Assembly: GCA_051294375.1 (NCBI GenBank)
Contig: CM119264.1
Coordinates: 12,854,813 to 12,918,812 of the forward strand
Length of the DNA: 64,000 nucleotides
Reading direction: 5' to 3'
DNA from: Paraspadella gotoi
Taxonomy: Eukaryota > Animalia > Chaetognatha
This document shows positions 35,894-49,933 of this stretch, piece by piece (position 1 is the stretch's first letter; the number at the start of each line of letters is the position of its first letter). Position numbers and translations under genes: made by a program. The notes under the pieces were generated by a model. The model worked only from the letters and a program-made list of their open reading frames with translations, searched no databases and was not told where the DNA came from.

Positions 35894-38800
35894 GCCTTCG
35901 ACTTGGCGGCGCCGCCCCCGCGCCACGAGCAGGGCTTCACGCAGCCACGGGCTTTGGCGCCGTAGCGTCGATGTTTCCAGCAGATTTCGTCGCGCTTTGA
36001 CGCCGCACAGACGCATGGCGTGGGAGTGGTCGTGGAGGCGCCGCGGTCACAATCTTCAACGTCGCGCGCCACCTCCGAGACAGTCGCGTTGCCGTCGCGG
36101 TCGTAGTAGCGGTCGGCGGCCGTCGCGAGATCTTCGGCGCCGCCCGGTGTTTGCGTGACGACGAGGGCGACGGAGGGTGGAAGGGCGTGGAGCAGCGCCG
36201 CGCGGTGCACGTCGTCCATTGTGAGGTCGCTAGTTAGCGCCCGCAAGTCGCCGACGTACGCTTTGGGGCGCTTCCCGCCGAGGCTTATCGACGAGAGGAG
36301 TTTGGCGGCGCGCTCCGCCTTCGTTGGTCGAAAATTGGCGAGAAGGCGGTCTTTGATTGCGATGTATGGATCTTCTAGATTCTCGGGGTCGCCGAGAAAA
36401 AAATCGCGGATACTGCGCGCGAGGTCTCCTCGTTCAAGCGCGGTGAACGACGTGGTAATACACCGCGGTCAATGACGCGGCTGAATGCCGGCGGGTGGCG
36501 AATTGCGCCCTCTGCACGCTTGAACAAAGCTGGNNNNNNNNNNNNNNNNNNNNNNNNNAGATATAGCAGCACGATAGATTTACGGTGATTAAATTCCTTC
36601 GAATCGCCGAGTATTAGCCGATCACGTGATTAAACCGATCTCGGCTTAGTAGAATACGTTATTAACACGATTACAGAAGGTCTACAAAGATACATCGATG
36701 TTTTCAACGCTTTTCCAGGCTTGGTCTGCTAGTAAAGTTATATACTATATAATTTTCTCGCAGTATTGAGAAGAAAAGATCCATTTTATACGGAATACAG
36801 GATTTCCAACACAACAACAACAACACTAAATGTAAACAACAAGACAAAACATTAAAATGAAGAAGATCGGATCATCGTCATATCGGATAATTACTCTCAG
36901 GCAGCAGACCAAACTAAATAATAACGAGATTCTAAATCGGGGCTTCTCTTCTTTTTTTCTCTCTTTTTTTTAAAATACTTAGGAAGGAGAAAACTAAACT
37001 AAAGCTAAACTAAACTAAAACTAAACTAACTAAACGAAAGATTTGCCATCAAAACATTGATTCGATATAGACTATTTATTTTAATATTTTTTTACTATCA
37101 CTACAAATAAAGGCATAATTGGCCGCCGAGACGACGGCTCGTGTTCAATTTTAAGTCTCTTCTTACTTCTTCCTCCTTCCTCCCCCCGCCACTTCCGCCT
37201 CCTCTTATCGGGTCGCCTCGCTCTATCCGATTATTTTTCATGCATGAAAACACTTAGCAAGGTCAGAAGGTCGGGAGGATCAGAGGCGGACTTTGTGAGT
37301 TCCGCCGGAGGGTGCGCGGAGAATAGCACTACGCTCGCGATCAGCATCTTCTGCGCGCGAATTTCATTCTTTGGCATAGCATCTCCTTCGCGCGCATTAT
37401 GCGTAAAGCCTTTCGTGTTTCAAGCTTTTTTTTTTCTGAAAGTCAGAATGCCATTAGGGTTTATTCCTCCCTTGATTTTGAATGTCTTTCATATACATGA
37501 CAAAAGGGAAGTTCCCAAATCTTTTTATCTTTGTCATTTCCTTCTTCGACTGGCACCTCCGTTTCTTGCTCAATTTTCACAATTTCAGATGCCTCTTTCC
37601 TAATTCCGCTAGACGCATATCTCTTAGCTTTCGCTTCTTTCATCCATTAAGTAACATAAAGGACAAAAAACTTAAGTCTCGAAAAGTTAAGTGTCCGCTG
37701 TTGGGTGGAGCTCTCTTGCAGCATAAAAAGGTTTTCCTTATAGTACCAGATAATAATATTTAACTCGAGTCTCTCACGATAGATTAATAAAGTTGTTGAT
37801 ATTTGGCTCAATCTAGAGGGTTGGTACATCGACAAAAGACTTAAATTAATGTTTTCTCTTTATCAGGTGGGTTTAATCAGTTCTATTTTGGCGTACAACC
37901 GAGGAAAATGAAAAGGGTGGCTTAAAATTTTTAGAGTTCGGCTGTACTTGTTTTATCTTTGAGTTTATTGGCTTCTTTTGAAATTGTTTTCGAATGTCTT
38001 TACCGTTTCACATCAAGGTCCTATTTGGTACAAAGGTTTTCTGAAACCTTTTAAGTTCACTTTTATTTTTCCATGCTATCTTACCTCATTTTTTTTGGTT
38101 TTTCCGTCATCTTCGGCAGAAGTCGACATCATGGACAAGTCAATTAATGTGGTGCATTCGAAGTAAAACGCATATACCAACTTTTAGAAAGACGGTAATC
38201 GTCTATTCTTTCATGTTAGAATTATATTACTTATTCAAAGTATTAGGCATTCTTATAGGTGATTGGAATTTATATGTTTATATATGTTCTCGTAAAGTCT
38301 TATGGATCTCCTGTCAATAAAAAAAAATATTTCAACTTAATTATATGGACTTATGATATTTGACGCAAAACGTAATCGTGATGTGGTTAATTCTATCAGA
38401 TTTATCTCTTTCCTGACTTTCAAATTTTTTTCACTCATAAGAATTTCTCAACCTCTCATTTCTTTTTCTCAGACTCGCGGCAGGACAAATTCATCTTCTC
38501 TCAGTTCTGTCGATTGCACTCGACTTCGGCGTCCCAATGTCACAATTCAGGCTTTGCAGAATATCATTCTTCTTTCTCTCTCTCTCTCTCTTCCTCTCTC
38601 TCTCTCTAGTTCTCTCTGATCTCTCTCTCTCTCTCATCTCCTCTTGTTCCTCTCTCTTCTCTCTTCTCTCTCTCTCCTCTCTCACCTCTCTCTCTCTCTC
38701 TAAGCTTCAGATTAAGCCTCGTTCATTTCTTACATTTTCAATCCAAAAGCGAAGACAAATAATAATGATTATAGAAAATTGCTTTTAATTTAAAATATAC

Positions 38801-40559
38801 ATGTATGTATGTATGTATGTATGTAGTTAGTATTTATATATGTATGTAATGTAATGTATGTTGTGTAGGTATGTATGTAATGATTTTTTTAAAGAAATTT
38901 TCTTTAGTTTCTTCACTACATACTTATCTGTAATATAGAACATCAATGATTATGTTGATGATCCTTAGAACTTCATCAAAAATGGAAAGAAGGGCGTTTT
39001 CTTTTTTAATTTAGCTTCCGTGAGCTCATTGTGAAAAAAAGGGTTATGGTTCGTGTTTGTAAAAGTCCGGCGATGTGGAAGAAGATTGAAAGGGTTAGGT
39101 AATATATCCGTGGAGAGGCCGGTGCTTGAGAAACGACAGACTTTCAGGGGAATAGGGGTTGAAGTCAAGCGAATTAAGAAAAAAATGTGTTTTTTTTCCC
39201 TTTTTTTCGAATCGGTTGGGGGCCAAGTTCGAGAAAGTTTTGAAGAGAGTAGGGAGCACGCTGAGTGATTCAAACGAGATCGAGTGAAAGTTACGGTGAA
39301 CGTTTTTTATGTTTAATCACCGAGGCGAATATTAAACGAAAGAGTTCAAGGTTCCCAGAGGAAGTGGAATTGCGTTGAATGTTGGCTTTAGACTGTCCGC
39401 GCGTTTGCTTCATCAGAGTTAGATTGGTGAACGTGACACGAACAAGCATTGGGTTGCCATTTACAAAGTGTAACTGTAGAAATTCACCGGATTGAATTCC
39501 GTTTTTTACTTTCCTTTTTTTCGTTACTTTGGACGTTATGGTAAAATCTTATCAGTAATTTTTGGTACTTTTTCGCTTTACTTAATTGTTTTATTTACTG
39601 TATCTTTAAAACTTACGATAATTCAATCTAGTTTGTTTAGGGGGCGTAATGTCATTTTTCATTAAACGTGATTCTTTCGTTGAGATCGTTAATAATTCCT
39701 CATAATCATGTCATTTTTTTCCCCTTTTTTACTTTTCATTTATCTTTTAGTTATACTATCATAACATCTTAACTTAATAATAATTTTCGTACTTCATTCC
39801 CTTTCATTTCTCTCTTTCCTTTAAATTCATCCTTTCCATCCATTTTCCTTTCTCTCTCATTTTTCCTCCCCATTCTTTTTTTCTAGCTCTCCTTCTTTTG
39901 CTAATTTCACTTCCTGGGGTAAGTTAAAACGGCAGACATAGGGGTGGGTGGAACTGACAGACGGCTTTGGCAAATGCGGGGGTAAGTTTATTGGCGCGTG
40001 GCGAGAATAATGGAGAGGGCGGCGAGACACTGGGCAGAGGCGGGTAGGTAAAGGCAAAAGAAAAAGCGGAAGGCGGCGGTCATGGTGCCGGACGAATGGT
40101 AAGAAGTTGGGCGAGGGTTGGGTTGGTTCGGAGAAGGTGGACTAAGGTTCGCCGAAATGCGGGAGGCGTGGGGCGGAGAGGCGGGCGAGAACTGGTCCGT
40201 TAAAAGTTAGGGGAGAACAAGGGAAGGGAGGGCCTCCGACGGGAAGAACTGCCGCGAAAGGGCGGGAATAGAGGAGGGGTAAAAGAGAGAGAGAGAGAGA
40301 GAGAAAGAGCGAGAGAGAGAATGAAATTCCTCTGGTGGGATGGTCTAATAGAGATGCAAGCCTTCTGAGCGAATCCAGCTTCAGACCCTTCTTTTTTTTC
40401 TCTTGAGGCATCTTCTTTTTTATTTTTCTTTTGAAGCGCATCGAACGATTGTTACATGCGTCGCTTCTTGTTTCCTTGTCTAAGAAGTAAGAAATTGGTT
40501 TTTTCTTTAAAAACGTTATGTGTATTTCTTTATATTTTATTTTTCTTGTGCAGCACTCG

Positions 40560-40759
40560 CTCTCTTCTTGCTTTCTTTTATTCTTTATTCTTTCTTTTCT
40601 TTCTTTCTTTCTTTCTTTCTTTTCTTTCTTTTTCTTTCTTATCTTTTTTCTTTCTTTCTTCTTTTGTCTTTTTCTTCGTCTTTCTTTCTTTCTTTCTTTC
40701 TTTCTTTTTCCGCTTTCTTTTCTCTCTTCTCTTCATCTGCTTCTCTTCTCTGTTAACTC

Positions 40760-40816
<57 letters not shown>

Positions 40817-41600
40817 ATCATCTCTCTCTTTTCTCTCTCTCTCTCACTCTCTCTCCTCCCCTCTCTCTCTTCTCATTCTCCTCTTCTCTTCTCTCTCTCT
40901 CCCCGTCCTCTCCTTCTCTCCTCTCTCCCATCCCTCCCTCTTCCTCTCTCCTCTCTCCTCCCATCCCTCGCTTCTCTCCCCGTCTTTCTCTCCCTCTCTC
41001 CTCGCCTCTCCCTCCGCTTTCTCTCCCTCACTCCTCCTCTCCTTCCCTCTCCTCTTCCCACGCTCCTCTCCTCCTCTCTACTTTCTCCCTCTCTCTCTTC
41101 CTCCTCTCTCCTCTCACTCTCCGCTCCTCCTTCCCCTCCTCCCACCCTCCTCTTTCTTCCTCTTCTCTCTCGTCTTCTCCCTCTCTCTCTCTCTTCCCCA
41201 TCTCTCTCCCCTCTCCCCCCTCTCTCCTCTCTCTCCCTCTCCTCTCCTCCTCTTCTTTCTCTACCTTCCCCCTCTTTCTCTTCCCTTCCTCCCTCTCCTC
41301 CTCTTAGTCCCTCTCTTTCTCTCCTCCCCCTCCTCTCTCTCCTCCCTCTCCTCTCCCCCCTCCTTCTCCTGCCTTCCTCTTCCCTCCTCGTCCCTCTCCC
41401 TCCCCTCATCTCTCTTCTCTCTCCTCTCTCTCCTCGTTTCCCCCCTCCTCAGCTCCTTCCATCTCTCTCTCTCTCTCTCCTCGTCTCTTTCCTCCTCTCC
41501 TCTCTGCATCCTCCCCTCGCTACTCCTTCTTCCTCTTCGTCTTCCTCTACCCCTCTCCCTCTTCCCTTTTCTCCGTCCTCTCTTCTCTCTCTCGTCTCCT
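40560..41600. repeat. ~1-kb polypyrimidine (CT/TTTC) low-complexity tract
   Basis: Almost entirely C/T on the plus strand. Confidence 0.9.
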
Positions 41601-42084
41601 CTAATTCACCCCTGTTTCCTAGTGCTGCTCCCGGCTCCCTTCTTTCCTCTTTTTCGGCCATACGAATCCCAGGTGGGAAATAAAAGTTGGCATGAGCTGG
41701 GCGGGTTTAAGATGAAAAGTCGCGGGGATGCATTTCGAAGTATGTGCGCGCGTTTCGGGTCGGCAGCACCTTTTGACCTCGCCGGAGCGACGGACGGACG
41801 TTGGTGGCGGCGCGTCGAATTGGGCGAGTGGTCGGTGGTTGAGGGAACTGGGGGTGGGTTTGTCAAACTTTCGAGGACCTTTAAGTTCGGTATTTGAAAT
41901 TCAATAAAAAAGATACATACTGATTCTTCTTTTCCTTTTTTTTCACTTTTTTTTTTTTTCGCTGTAGTTTTCGTTACGGAGAGCTAGTGTATAACGAAAA
42001 CGCCCTTTTTTAAACCATTTGATTTTCTAACTGTAAAAATTATTAGCTTTTTAGGTGTTTTTTCGTTTTAATTCCTTCAGGTTT

Positions 42085-45000
42085 TGAAGAGGTTCTTTCC
42101 TACTTCTGCGCTATCATTTAAAATGTTTGTTTAAAACGGAACACATTGTATTGTCCTCGAGAGAAAAACGAGAGAAACCGATACAAAAACGCGTTTTCCT
42201 TATATGGAGGAACGTCCATCGATCGGACCTTATCGAGAGACACCTTGAAATACTTATATTATTATTGTGCTTTCATCAAACGTAAAAGTGGACTTTTTAC
42301 AAAAAAACAGCAACATTCAAGATAGAGAAATGGGCATCAAATGAAAACTACTGTGGCACTGTACATTGTAAAACACGTAAACAAAGTAACTAAAAATAAC
42401 GGTAACGAGATAAAGGTAAAAGAAGACGCTCGAGTTACGATTGTGAAAATCGAACGAACGAGAGCGTTTGTTTTTTTCTTTTCTCGAAGGTTTTATTTGT
42501 CGAGGCACAACGACGAGGAACTATTCTGCGGCTTATTACCCCCCAAGACGGCGTCTCTGTAAGAGATGGGGGAATTCATCGACGAACGGTGGGGTGGACG
42601 GCACTTGACGCTGAGGCCGCGTTGAAGCCGTTAGATTAGGGATTGGAGCAGGTGGCGGGGAGGAGCGGTCGTCGAGCGGAGCACCGGAGCCGGGCGCGGA
42701 GCGGCGCCGGAGCTGCGCGACGCGGAGGGCGCCGAACGTGGCGATCGTTTGCAAGGCGGGCGTCCGCGACGAGGGGCGCCGCTGGTTCCGTCGCCGAAAG
42801 GATCACTCGACGAAGGTTTGAAGGCGATCGATGGAGACGTCGTCGAGGCGGCCGCCGGATCTCGAGCCGAAAAACTTGAGGCGCGGGCTACGACGCGAAA
42901 CGGGCCGTCATAGACCGGCTGAGCGGTCGTACAGGGCCCGCGGCGCACGAGGACGAAGGGGCACGACTGGAGCTGCGGGGATGTTGACGCGAGGATGGGG
43001 CGTGGCGCGTCCCGCGACCGGGCGCGAGCTCGGACCTCCCGGCGCAGCGTCGAAGGAGTTCATGTGGCAGGCGTTGGGGGGAACCGCAGTCGGGGACAAA
43101 GGCGCAAGGCACGCAAACTCCTCACCATGGACGAGTTCGGCGAGGAGGCCGTTGGAGGTCTTCCTTGATGGCGGTACGAAGGCAGGAGCATCACCCAGGC
43201 AGTTTTGTCTACCCAATCAGGGCCTGCAAGTTTGGCGCGGAGGGTGATGCCTTGAGGTCGGCGGTGGAAACGCTCCACATCCCGTTCGCTGAGGGTGGTA
43301 CGGGACGTGGTGTGGTGAAGGTTGGGCGCCGAAGACGCCGCTAGCTTGGCGCCACAGTTCGGAAATGAATTGTTTCCCGCGATCGGACGTGATGTGGAGC
43401 CGAGCGCCAAACGAGCGACCCAACCGGAAGCGAAGGCGGCGCGCTACACGAACTCGCTGCTTGAATATCGGAAGCGGATCGCTTATCTGGCCAGCGCGTG
43501 AAGCGGTCGACGACCGTCAGGAGGTAGGCAAATCCCAGTGCCGCCCGGAAGTGGCGACGCGCGAGGTCGATGTGGACGTGCTGAAAACGTTTTTTTCGGC
43601 GGAACAAAATCCTCCGATGGGGCGTGGCGGCGTGAGTTCGGACTTTCGCCCGCTGGCAGTGGACGCACGAACGGCCCAGCTGGCGGCGTCTTCGCCGCGC
43701 CGGCCACAATCAAACTTGTGTTACGAGGGCTTCGACGTCTTTATTCCCGGGGCGCCAAGGAGTGGAGATGTGCGTCGAAAACGATCCGCGGTCCACTTCC
43801 GGGGGAGAGAGGACGCGCGACGCCCCGTGAGTAGTCCGCAGAGACAGGAGGCGCCGTCAAATGCGCCCGTTGGAGGCGAAGGATGAGGCGGACGACTGGA
43901 GGCGCTGGATATCTTCGTCGGTCCCGTTGATCGGTCCGCTATCGCCGCGAAGTCAACGCCGCCGGGTCCTGTGACGGCCATGATATCGTCGGTATGACGA
44001 CGCGCGAGAGAGCATCGGCGACGATGTTTGCCTTTCCAGAAACGTGCCGGAAGTTCTGTCGTAAATTCGAGACGGCGGCAACTGATTGGCTCTGCCGGCC
44101 GTTTTGGAGTCAGTCTTTCTTGCTGATGGAGGGAACCGAGGCTCACGTGGTCCGTGAAGAGTGTGAAGGGGCGTCCCTCCAAGAAGTACCGAAAGTGTCG
44201 CACTGCCAAGCTGGGCTGCCAGGAGTTCCCGGTCGTAAGGTGAATACTTTTTTCTGGTTCTCCTGAGCGGCTTGGAGAAAAAAACGCTACCGGGCGCCAA
44301 TGGCCGCCGCTGGCAGTTGCTCGAGGACGCCGCCGTCGCCGAAGTCGGAGGCATCGACGTGAGTGCATGGGCGCGCCGGACGGGATGGACGAGCATCGTG
44401 GCATTGGCGAGGGCCGCTTTGGTTTCGTTACCGAAGCGCCGGCCTCCCGGCTCGTCCAACTCGACGACCTTGGGCTGCGGACGACCTTTGAGTGGCAGCA
44501 TAGAGAGGCGCCATGTCGCCGCCGCGTGGGGGACGAAGCGGTGAAAAAAGTTCACCATCCCGAGGAAGCGTTGGAGTTCCTTGACGGGTTGATGGCGGGG
44601 AAGTTGGCGATCGCCGCCAACCTTTGAAGGGAGAGGCGTACGCCTTCGGCGTCGTATGTGGTGGCCGAGAAAATCGAGGGAGTCGACGCCGAACAAACAC
44701 TTCTTCGCGTTTTGACTACGAGACCGTGTGCTTCGAGACGGTCGAAGAGGCGCGCGAGGTCGTCGAGATGGTTGTTTCCTGTCTCTGGAGGCGACGAGGA
44801 TGTCGTCGAGATAAAACAAAAAACTCGAGGGAGACCCCTGCAAACGGCGTCCATGAGACGTTGGAACGCCTGCGCGGCGTTTTTGAGACCGAAAGGCATC
44901 CGGAGATATTCGTATGAACCGAACGGCGTGATGACGCTGTTTTCGGGACGTCCTCCTCGCGACAGGCACCTTGATGGTAACTTTCAGCAGGTTCGAACTT

Positions 45001-46601
45001 GGAAAAAAACGTCATCCCTCCTGCCCCTCCGCGAGAGTCCGGCGGAGCAAATCCGTATGGAGATATGTTTGACGGGGTAGCGGTCGTCCTTGGTGGCTGC
45101 GTTGAGGCGCCTGTATCTCCGCAGGCGGGAAATCCGTCAGGTTTGGCGACGACGTGGAGAGGCGAACGCCACGGGATGACGAAAGACGGTCCGACCCCGG
45201 ACGATGCCTAGGGTTTGGATGTTCGTCCAAACTCTTTTTTGACGGCCGAGGACGTTGGCGAGATGACGACCGACAGCTTCTGCAAAAACGGGTGTCCTTC
45301 GGTGGGGATGCGATGAATAGACGCCGTGGACGAGGCTTTGCGCTTCGAATTTCGGGCGTCGTCAGTCCGGGGCGCTCGCGGAGAAGTTTCGAAGACGGTT
45401 GGAGACTTCCGGTGGTGCGACGCGGTCGTAAGGCGATGGCGCTGACGTCGCAGCGAACAGCTTCGAAGGTTTCGGAGTCTATGAGGCGCCCGACGGCAAC
45501 GTCGCACAGGAGGGCCGTGGAGGCGCAAAAAATCGGCGCCGAGAAAATCGGCGTTTTAACCCTCGGCGACGCAGGAAAACGCCGACGAGAGGTTTGGAGG
45601 GCGAGGCGGACTGTCATGGTGACGGCTCCCGAAGGCCGCGATGGATGACCCGTTGGCCGCCCGTAGGATGGACGAGGCCCCTCGATTCGCCTTGTCCCAC
45701 GTCGAACCGGAAGCAGGCTGACTTCAGCGCCAGTGTCGACGAGAAAGTCAAGGCCAGAGTTAAAGTTCGCGTAACGGCTGAGCAAGGCGAGGCGCCGGTC
45801 GCCGCGCTCACTGACGGCCGGCGTCGTCGTTTCCCGCCTTCGACTTGGCGGCGCCCGCGCCACGAGCAAGGGCTTCACGCAGCTACGGGCCTTGGCGCCG
45901 TAGCGTCGATGTTTTCCAGCAGATGTCGTCGCGCTTTGACGCCGCACAGACGCATGGCGTGGGAGTGGTCGTGAGGCGCGCGGGTCACCGTCCTCAACGT
46001 CGCGCGCACCTCCGAGACAGTCCGCGTTGCCGTCGCGGTCGTAGTAGCGGTATAGGGTCGGCGGCCGGTCGGAGATCTTCGGCGCCGCCTGGTGTTTGCG
46101 TGACGACGAGGGCGACGGAGGGGCGGAAGAGGCGTGGAGCAGCGCCGCGCGTGTAGTACGTCGTCCTTGTTGAGGTCGCTAGTTTTAGCGCTCGCAAGTC
46201 CCCGACGTAAGCTTTGGGGGCGTTTCCCGCCGAGGCTTATCGACGAGAGGAGTTTGGCGCGGCGCTCCGCCTTCGTAGGTCGGAAATTGGCGAGAAGGCG
46301 GTCTTTGTCGCATGTATGGATCCTGCCGAGATTCTCGGGGTCGCCGAGAAAAAAATCGCGGATACTGCGCGAGGTCTCCTCGTTCAAGCGCGGTGACAGA
46401 CGTGGTAATACCCGCGTCAATGACGCGGTGATGCCGCGGGTGGCGAATTGCGCCTCTGCGCGCTTTGAACCAAAGCTGGGCGTCTTGGGGGCCAAAATTC
46501 CGGCAGTTTGAGAGACGGCGGAGGCGGACGCTGGGCTGGCCGGCTGGAGCGGGTTCGACGGACATCTTGGATCCGGTAGCGGAGGGCGTTGAAGGCGTTG
46601 T
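42085..46601 (-). mobile_element. CsRn1-like Ty3/Gypsy LTR retrotransposon copy 3 (gag to 3' LTR; 5' end at an N-gap)
   Basis: Gag N-terminus (LPEFW..AQLWFKRAEAQFATRGIT), CHCC finger, DTGA protease, RT YLDD, RH, IN, PPT and LTR 42085-42535; many indels. Confidence 0.95.
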
Positions 46602-49149
46602 NNNNNNNNNNATTATGATGCGTATATTTGTTTGAAAATATGAATTTATATACGTAAAAAAAATTTACGCCTATAAAAAGTTTAAGCAAACTGATGGTGA
46701 AGAAAAATGACGATGAAAGTTTATCTCAAACGGTGTATTGAGTCGAATATTTAAATATTTAATGGCAAAAATCTAATTAAATTAAACTTGATTGGAGAAT
46801 ATGTCTGAAGTCTTGAAACTTAAAAAAAAAAACAATAAAAAACCGAAAATGATAAAAAGTTCAAGAGATGTCCTGTTCGAGGTCTGCAAGTAAGCAAACG
46901 CGTTTGGTCTTTTTCCCCCATCTGTGGAACGGCGAAACTTCCCTGGACTTTTCCAAAAACCCCTAGGATCAACATTTGAAAGGAGAGAGAGAGAGAGAGA
47001 GAGAGCAAGCAAGCAAGCATTGGGATTTAAGCGAATCAAAGAAAATCGCACAAAAGGATTTGTAGCGAAATAAAACTGGCGAATAAATCGCTGGGAAAAA
47101 GCAAAGGATTTTGGGAAACCATATGAGTCTTGAAAGAAAGGGGAGTCGTCAAAGTCATTGTCCTTTTCCCATTGTTTTTATACTAAATACATATAATACA
47201 CAATAGATAATAAACTCTCAAAGAAATAAAAAATTGCAAAAATTTCTATGGTAAAAAAGTTGCAAAAAGAATTTCATCCATAATGAAAGAAATTATGGTG
47301 AATGTACTAACATTAAACGAAATTGCTCTTGGATTAAAGATTTTCCATTATGGTTCCGTCCACTGTTATCCGACAGAACCTCTTTTGATCCCATTCTTCC
47401 CCATCTTTCGACTGTTATTAACGTAGCGTTGTATCGTTCTCTATCTCTCTCTTTCCGATTACTAATTTTGCCTTTAGATATAAATCTCTCGGATTGCTTT
47501 TTCGGCAAAATACTTTTAATTACAAAATTTCAACTTTATTTAACCTTGTCTAGGTTATTGTTTACATAATGTTTTAATTATAATCCTTTTCAAAATTGCG
47601 CGCTTTTTTTTTCGTGCTCCGGACGTCCACCCCTCACTCAGCTGACCCAATCTAAGAGATTAACTCTTCCGCGAGAGAACTCAGCCAGTTCCCTCTTCCT
47701 TTTCCCCCTTTCTTGATTCTCGCGTATCGGGTTTCTCTCTTCAACCCTCGTCGGCCACCATTAAATACCACCTTCGATAGTTAACCCCTTTTACTCCTTT
47801 CTCCCCAACCACCTTGCCGTTCTAACCCTCTCAACCCTTACCCCAGGCCAATAAGAGGGTATCGCTTACCCCGAGGGAAGTCGCGCACTTTAATAACTGG
47901 GGCCCCGATTCTCGAGCGTCCAGAGTCAAGAGGAATTCCGGATATTATTTTCTCGGATTTAAAGGCAAATACTGAAGGGTAAACGGGGAGAGGGGGAAGA
48001 GGTGATCCGAGGGAGGGGAGGGAAGAATGACAAGGCGTTTATAAGCGAGAGACAAGGTTAAGGGAAGGAAGAAATACGAAATTGAAAAAAGAAAATAATC
48101 AAGATTTAAAAAGAGGCAGTCGGGAAATGTTATGTAAAGGAACTAAAGCTTAAAGAAAGAAAAGAAAAGAAACAAAAACAACAACAACAACAACAACAAC
48201 AACAAAGAGAAGTTTCAAGTCGAATAAAATGAAGTAGAAGCGGAAGTTGAAAATAAAAAGGATTAAAAACTAACAAATTAATTATATATTATTATTATCA
48301 CAAGGTACCTAAATTTTGAGTTTTGACTTGTCATAAGAAAATGAAAGGGATGGAGGGAAATCAAATCTTCTCATTCGAATAAAAATTCTCTTATCTAAGC
48401 TAAGAAAACAACAAGAATGAGTTATTCTCTATAATGTAAATTATTGAGTTATTTTGTCGAACAACCAAAAAATAGATATAACCGGAAATTAGATATTATA
48501 AAAAAATATCTCTGGTTGCACCTGTCATTTATAGAAAACCGAATTTCTAAACGTAGAGAGAGAGAGTGAAAGAGAGAGAGGGAGAGTGAGAGTGAGAGAG
48601 AGAGAGAGATCAAAGTTTCAAATCGCGAATCCATTGAAGCGTAAAATTCATCGAATTCTGGTCAATGACAGAAAAAACTCGTGGGAAGAGGAAGAAGAGA
48701 AGGAAAAAAGAGGGGAGAGAGAGAGAAGAAGAGACTAGAAAGAATGAATCGAGAGAGAGAAGAGGAGAGAGAGAGAGAGAGGAATGATGAAAAGGATATA
48801 AGGTTAGAATGAGAAAATTAAAGATGATCTTGGAGAAGGAATTAAAAAAAAAGAAAAGAGCAAGGTCAAAGGATTATAAAATGCTTAAACAGGGGATTTT
48901 TCCAGTGATCGTAAAATAAATGTATAATTTTGTAGGATTTTTTTAGAACATTGTTGATTGGCGTGAAGTGTTAAAAATTTCTTAAATAAAATACTCGAAA
49001 ATAAAACTACGCGAAATAAAAGGGATTTTATCGTTTGACCTTTTTTAAATAAACCAGTTTATCGCTTGACCTGTCTTTTCATCGGAGGCTCTATTGGGAA
49101 AATCGTTGACCAATCACGCAATAACTTATTTACTAATTTATACTTTATT

Positions 49150-49302
<153 letters not shown>

Positions 49303-49842
49303 TAGCCAACGTTGATCGGAATTTCAATAAGAAAGAAATAACAAAAGCATATTTTACCATTCTCGATTTCAAAATTTTCGAAAAGAAGTAAATCCAAAAA
49401 CTGAACTATTTTTCTATTCGTCTCTGTTCCCGTCTATAATCGTGAAGATCACGATTGACAGCCGCAGCCATCGCGGCTCTGCCCTTCCCTTCCCTTCCAT
49501 CCGCCCTTTTCATCCCTCAACCTTTTTCTTCCCTGTAATCTTCACTCTCCAGTACCCAGTGTGCTCTTCTCTCCCAGGTTCCCTTCTCTCCCAGGTTCCC
49601 TTCCCTCCCATGTTGCCTTCCCTCCTCAGTTCACTTCACGCCCCCCTGCTCTTTCCTGTTGCTTTGCCCTTCCCTTTCGGCTTTTCAGAGCCCTTCCCTT
49701 GCCCTTCCCTTGCCCTTCCCTTTTCGCCCCTAGCCCTTCTTTCCTCCGTACCCTTTCCACCTCCTCTGGCAAGAATTCGAATTCGCGGATAAAATCGTCA
49801 ATTGTTATGAATATTTGGAATCGTCTCGGGAAATCAATAAGA

Positions 49843-49933
<91 letters not shown>

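Larger units (their letters stand above)
32227..36533 (-). mobile_element. CsRn1-like Ty3/Gypsy LTR retrotransposon copy 2 (gag, PR, RT, RH, IN, 3' LTR; 5' end lost in an N-gap)
   Basis: Gag with CWKHRRYGAKARGCVKPC (C-x2-H-x9-C-x3-C), protease FLVDTGAEVS, pol highly similar to copy 1, and a TTGGGGGG polypurine tract next to the LTR. Confidence 0.95.

Noticed and set aside
37200-37840. Minus-strand HNARRR resembling a TALE homeodomain helix 3
   Set aside because: It lacks the invariant WF and the rest of the domain, and a stop codon follows shortly.
40456-41897. Long ORFs of 283 and 459 aa
   Set aside because: They are translations of a stop-free CT tract (S/L/F/P only).
15874-46689. Plus-strand ORFs overlapping the retrotransposons
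   Set aside because: Antisense frames are open because of high GC content and show no motifs.
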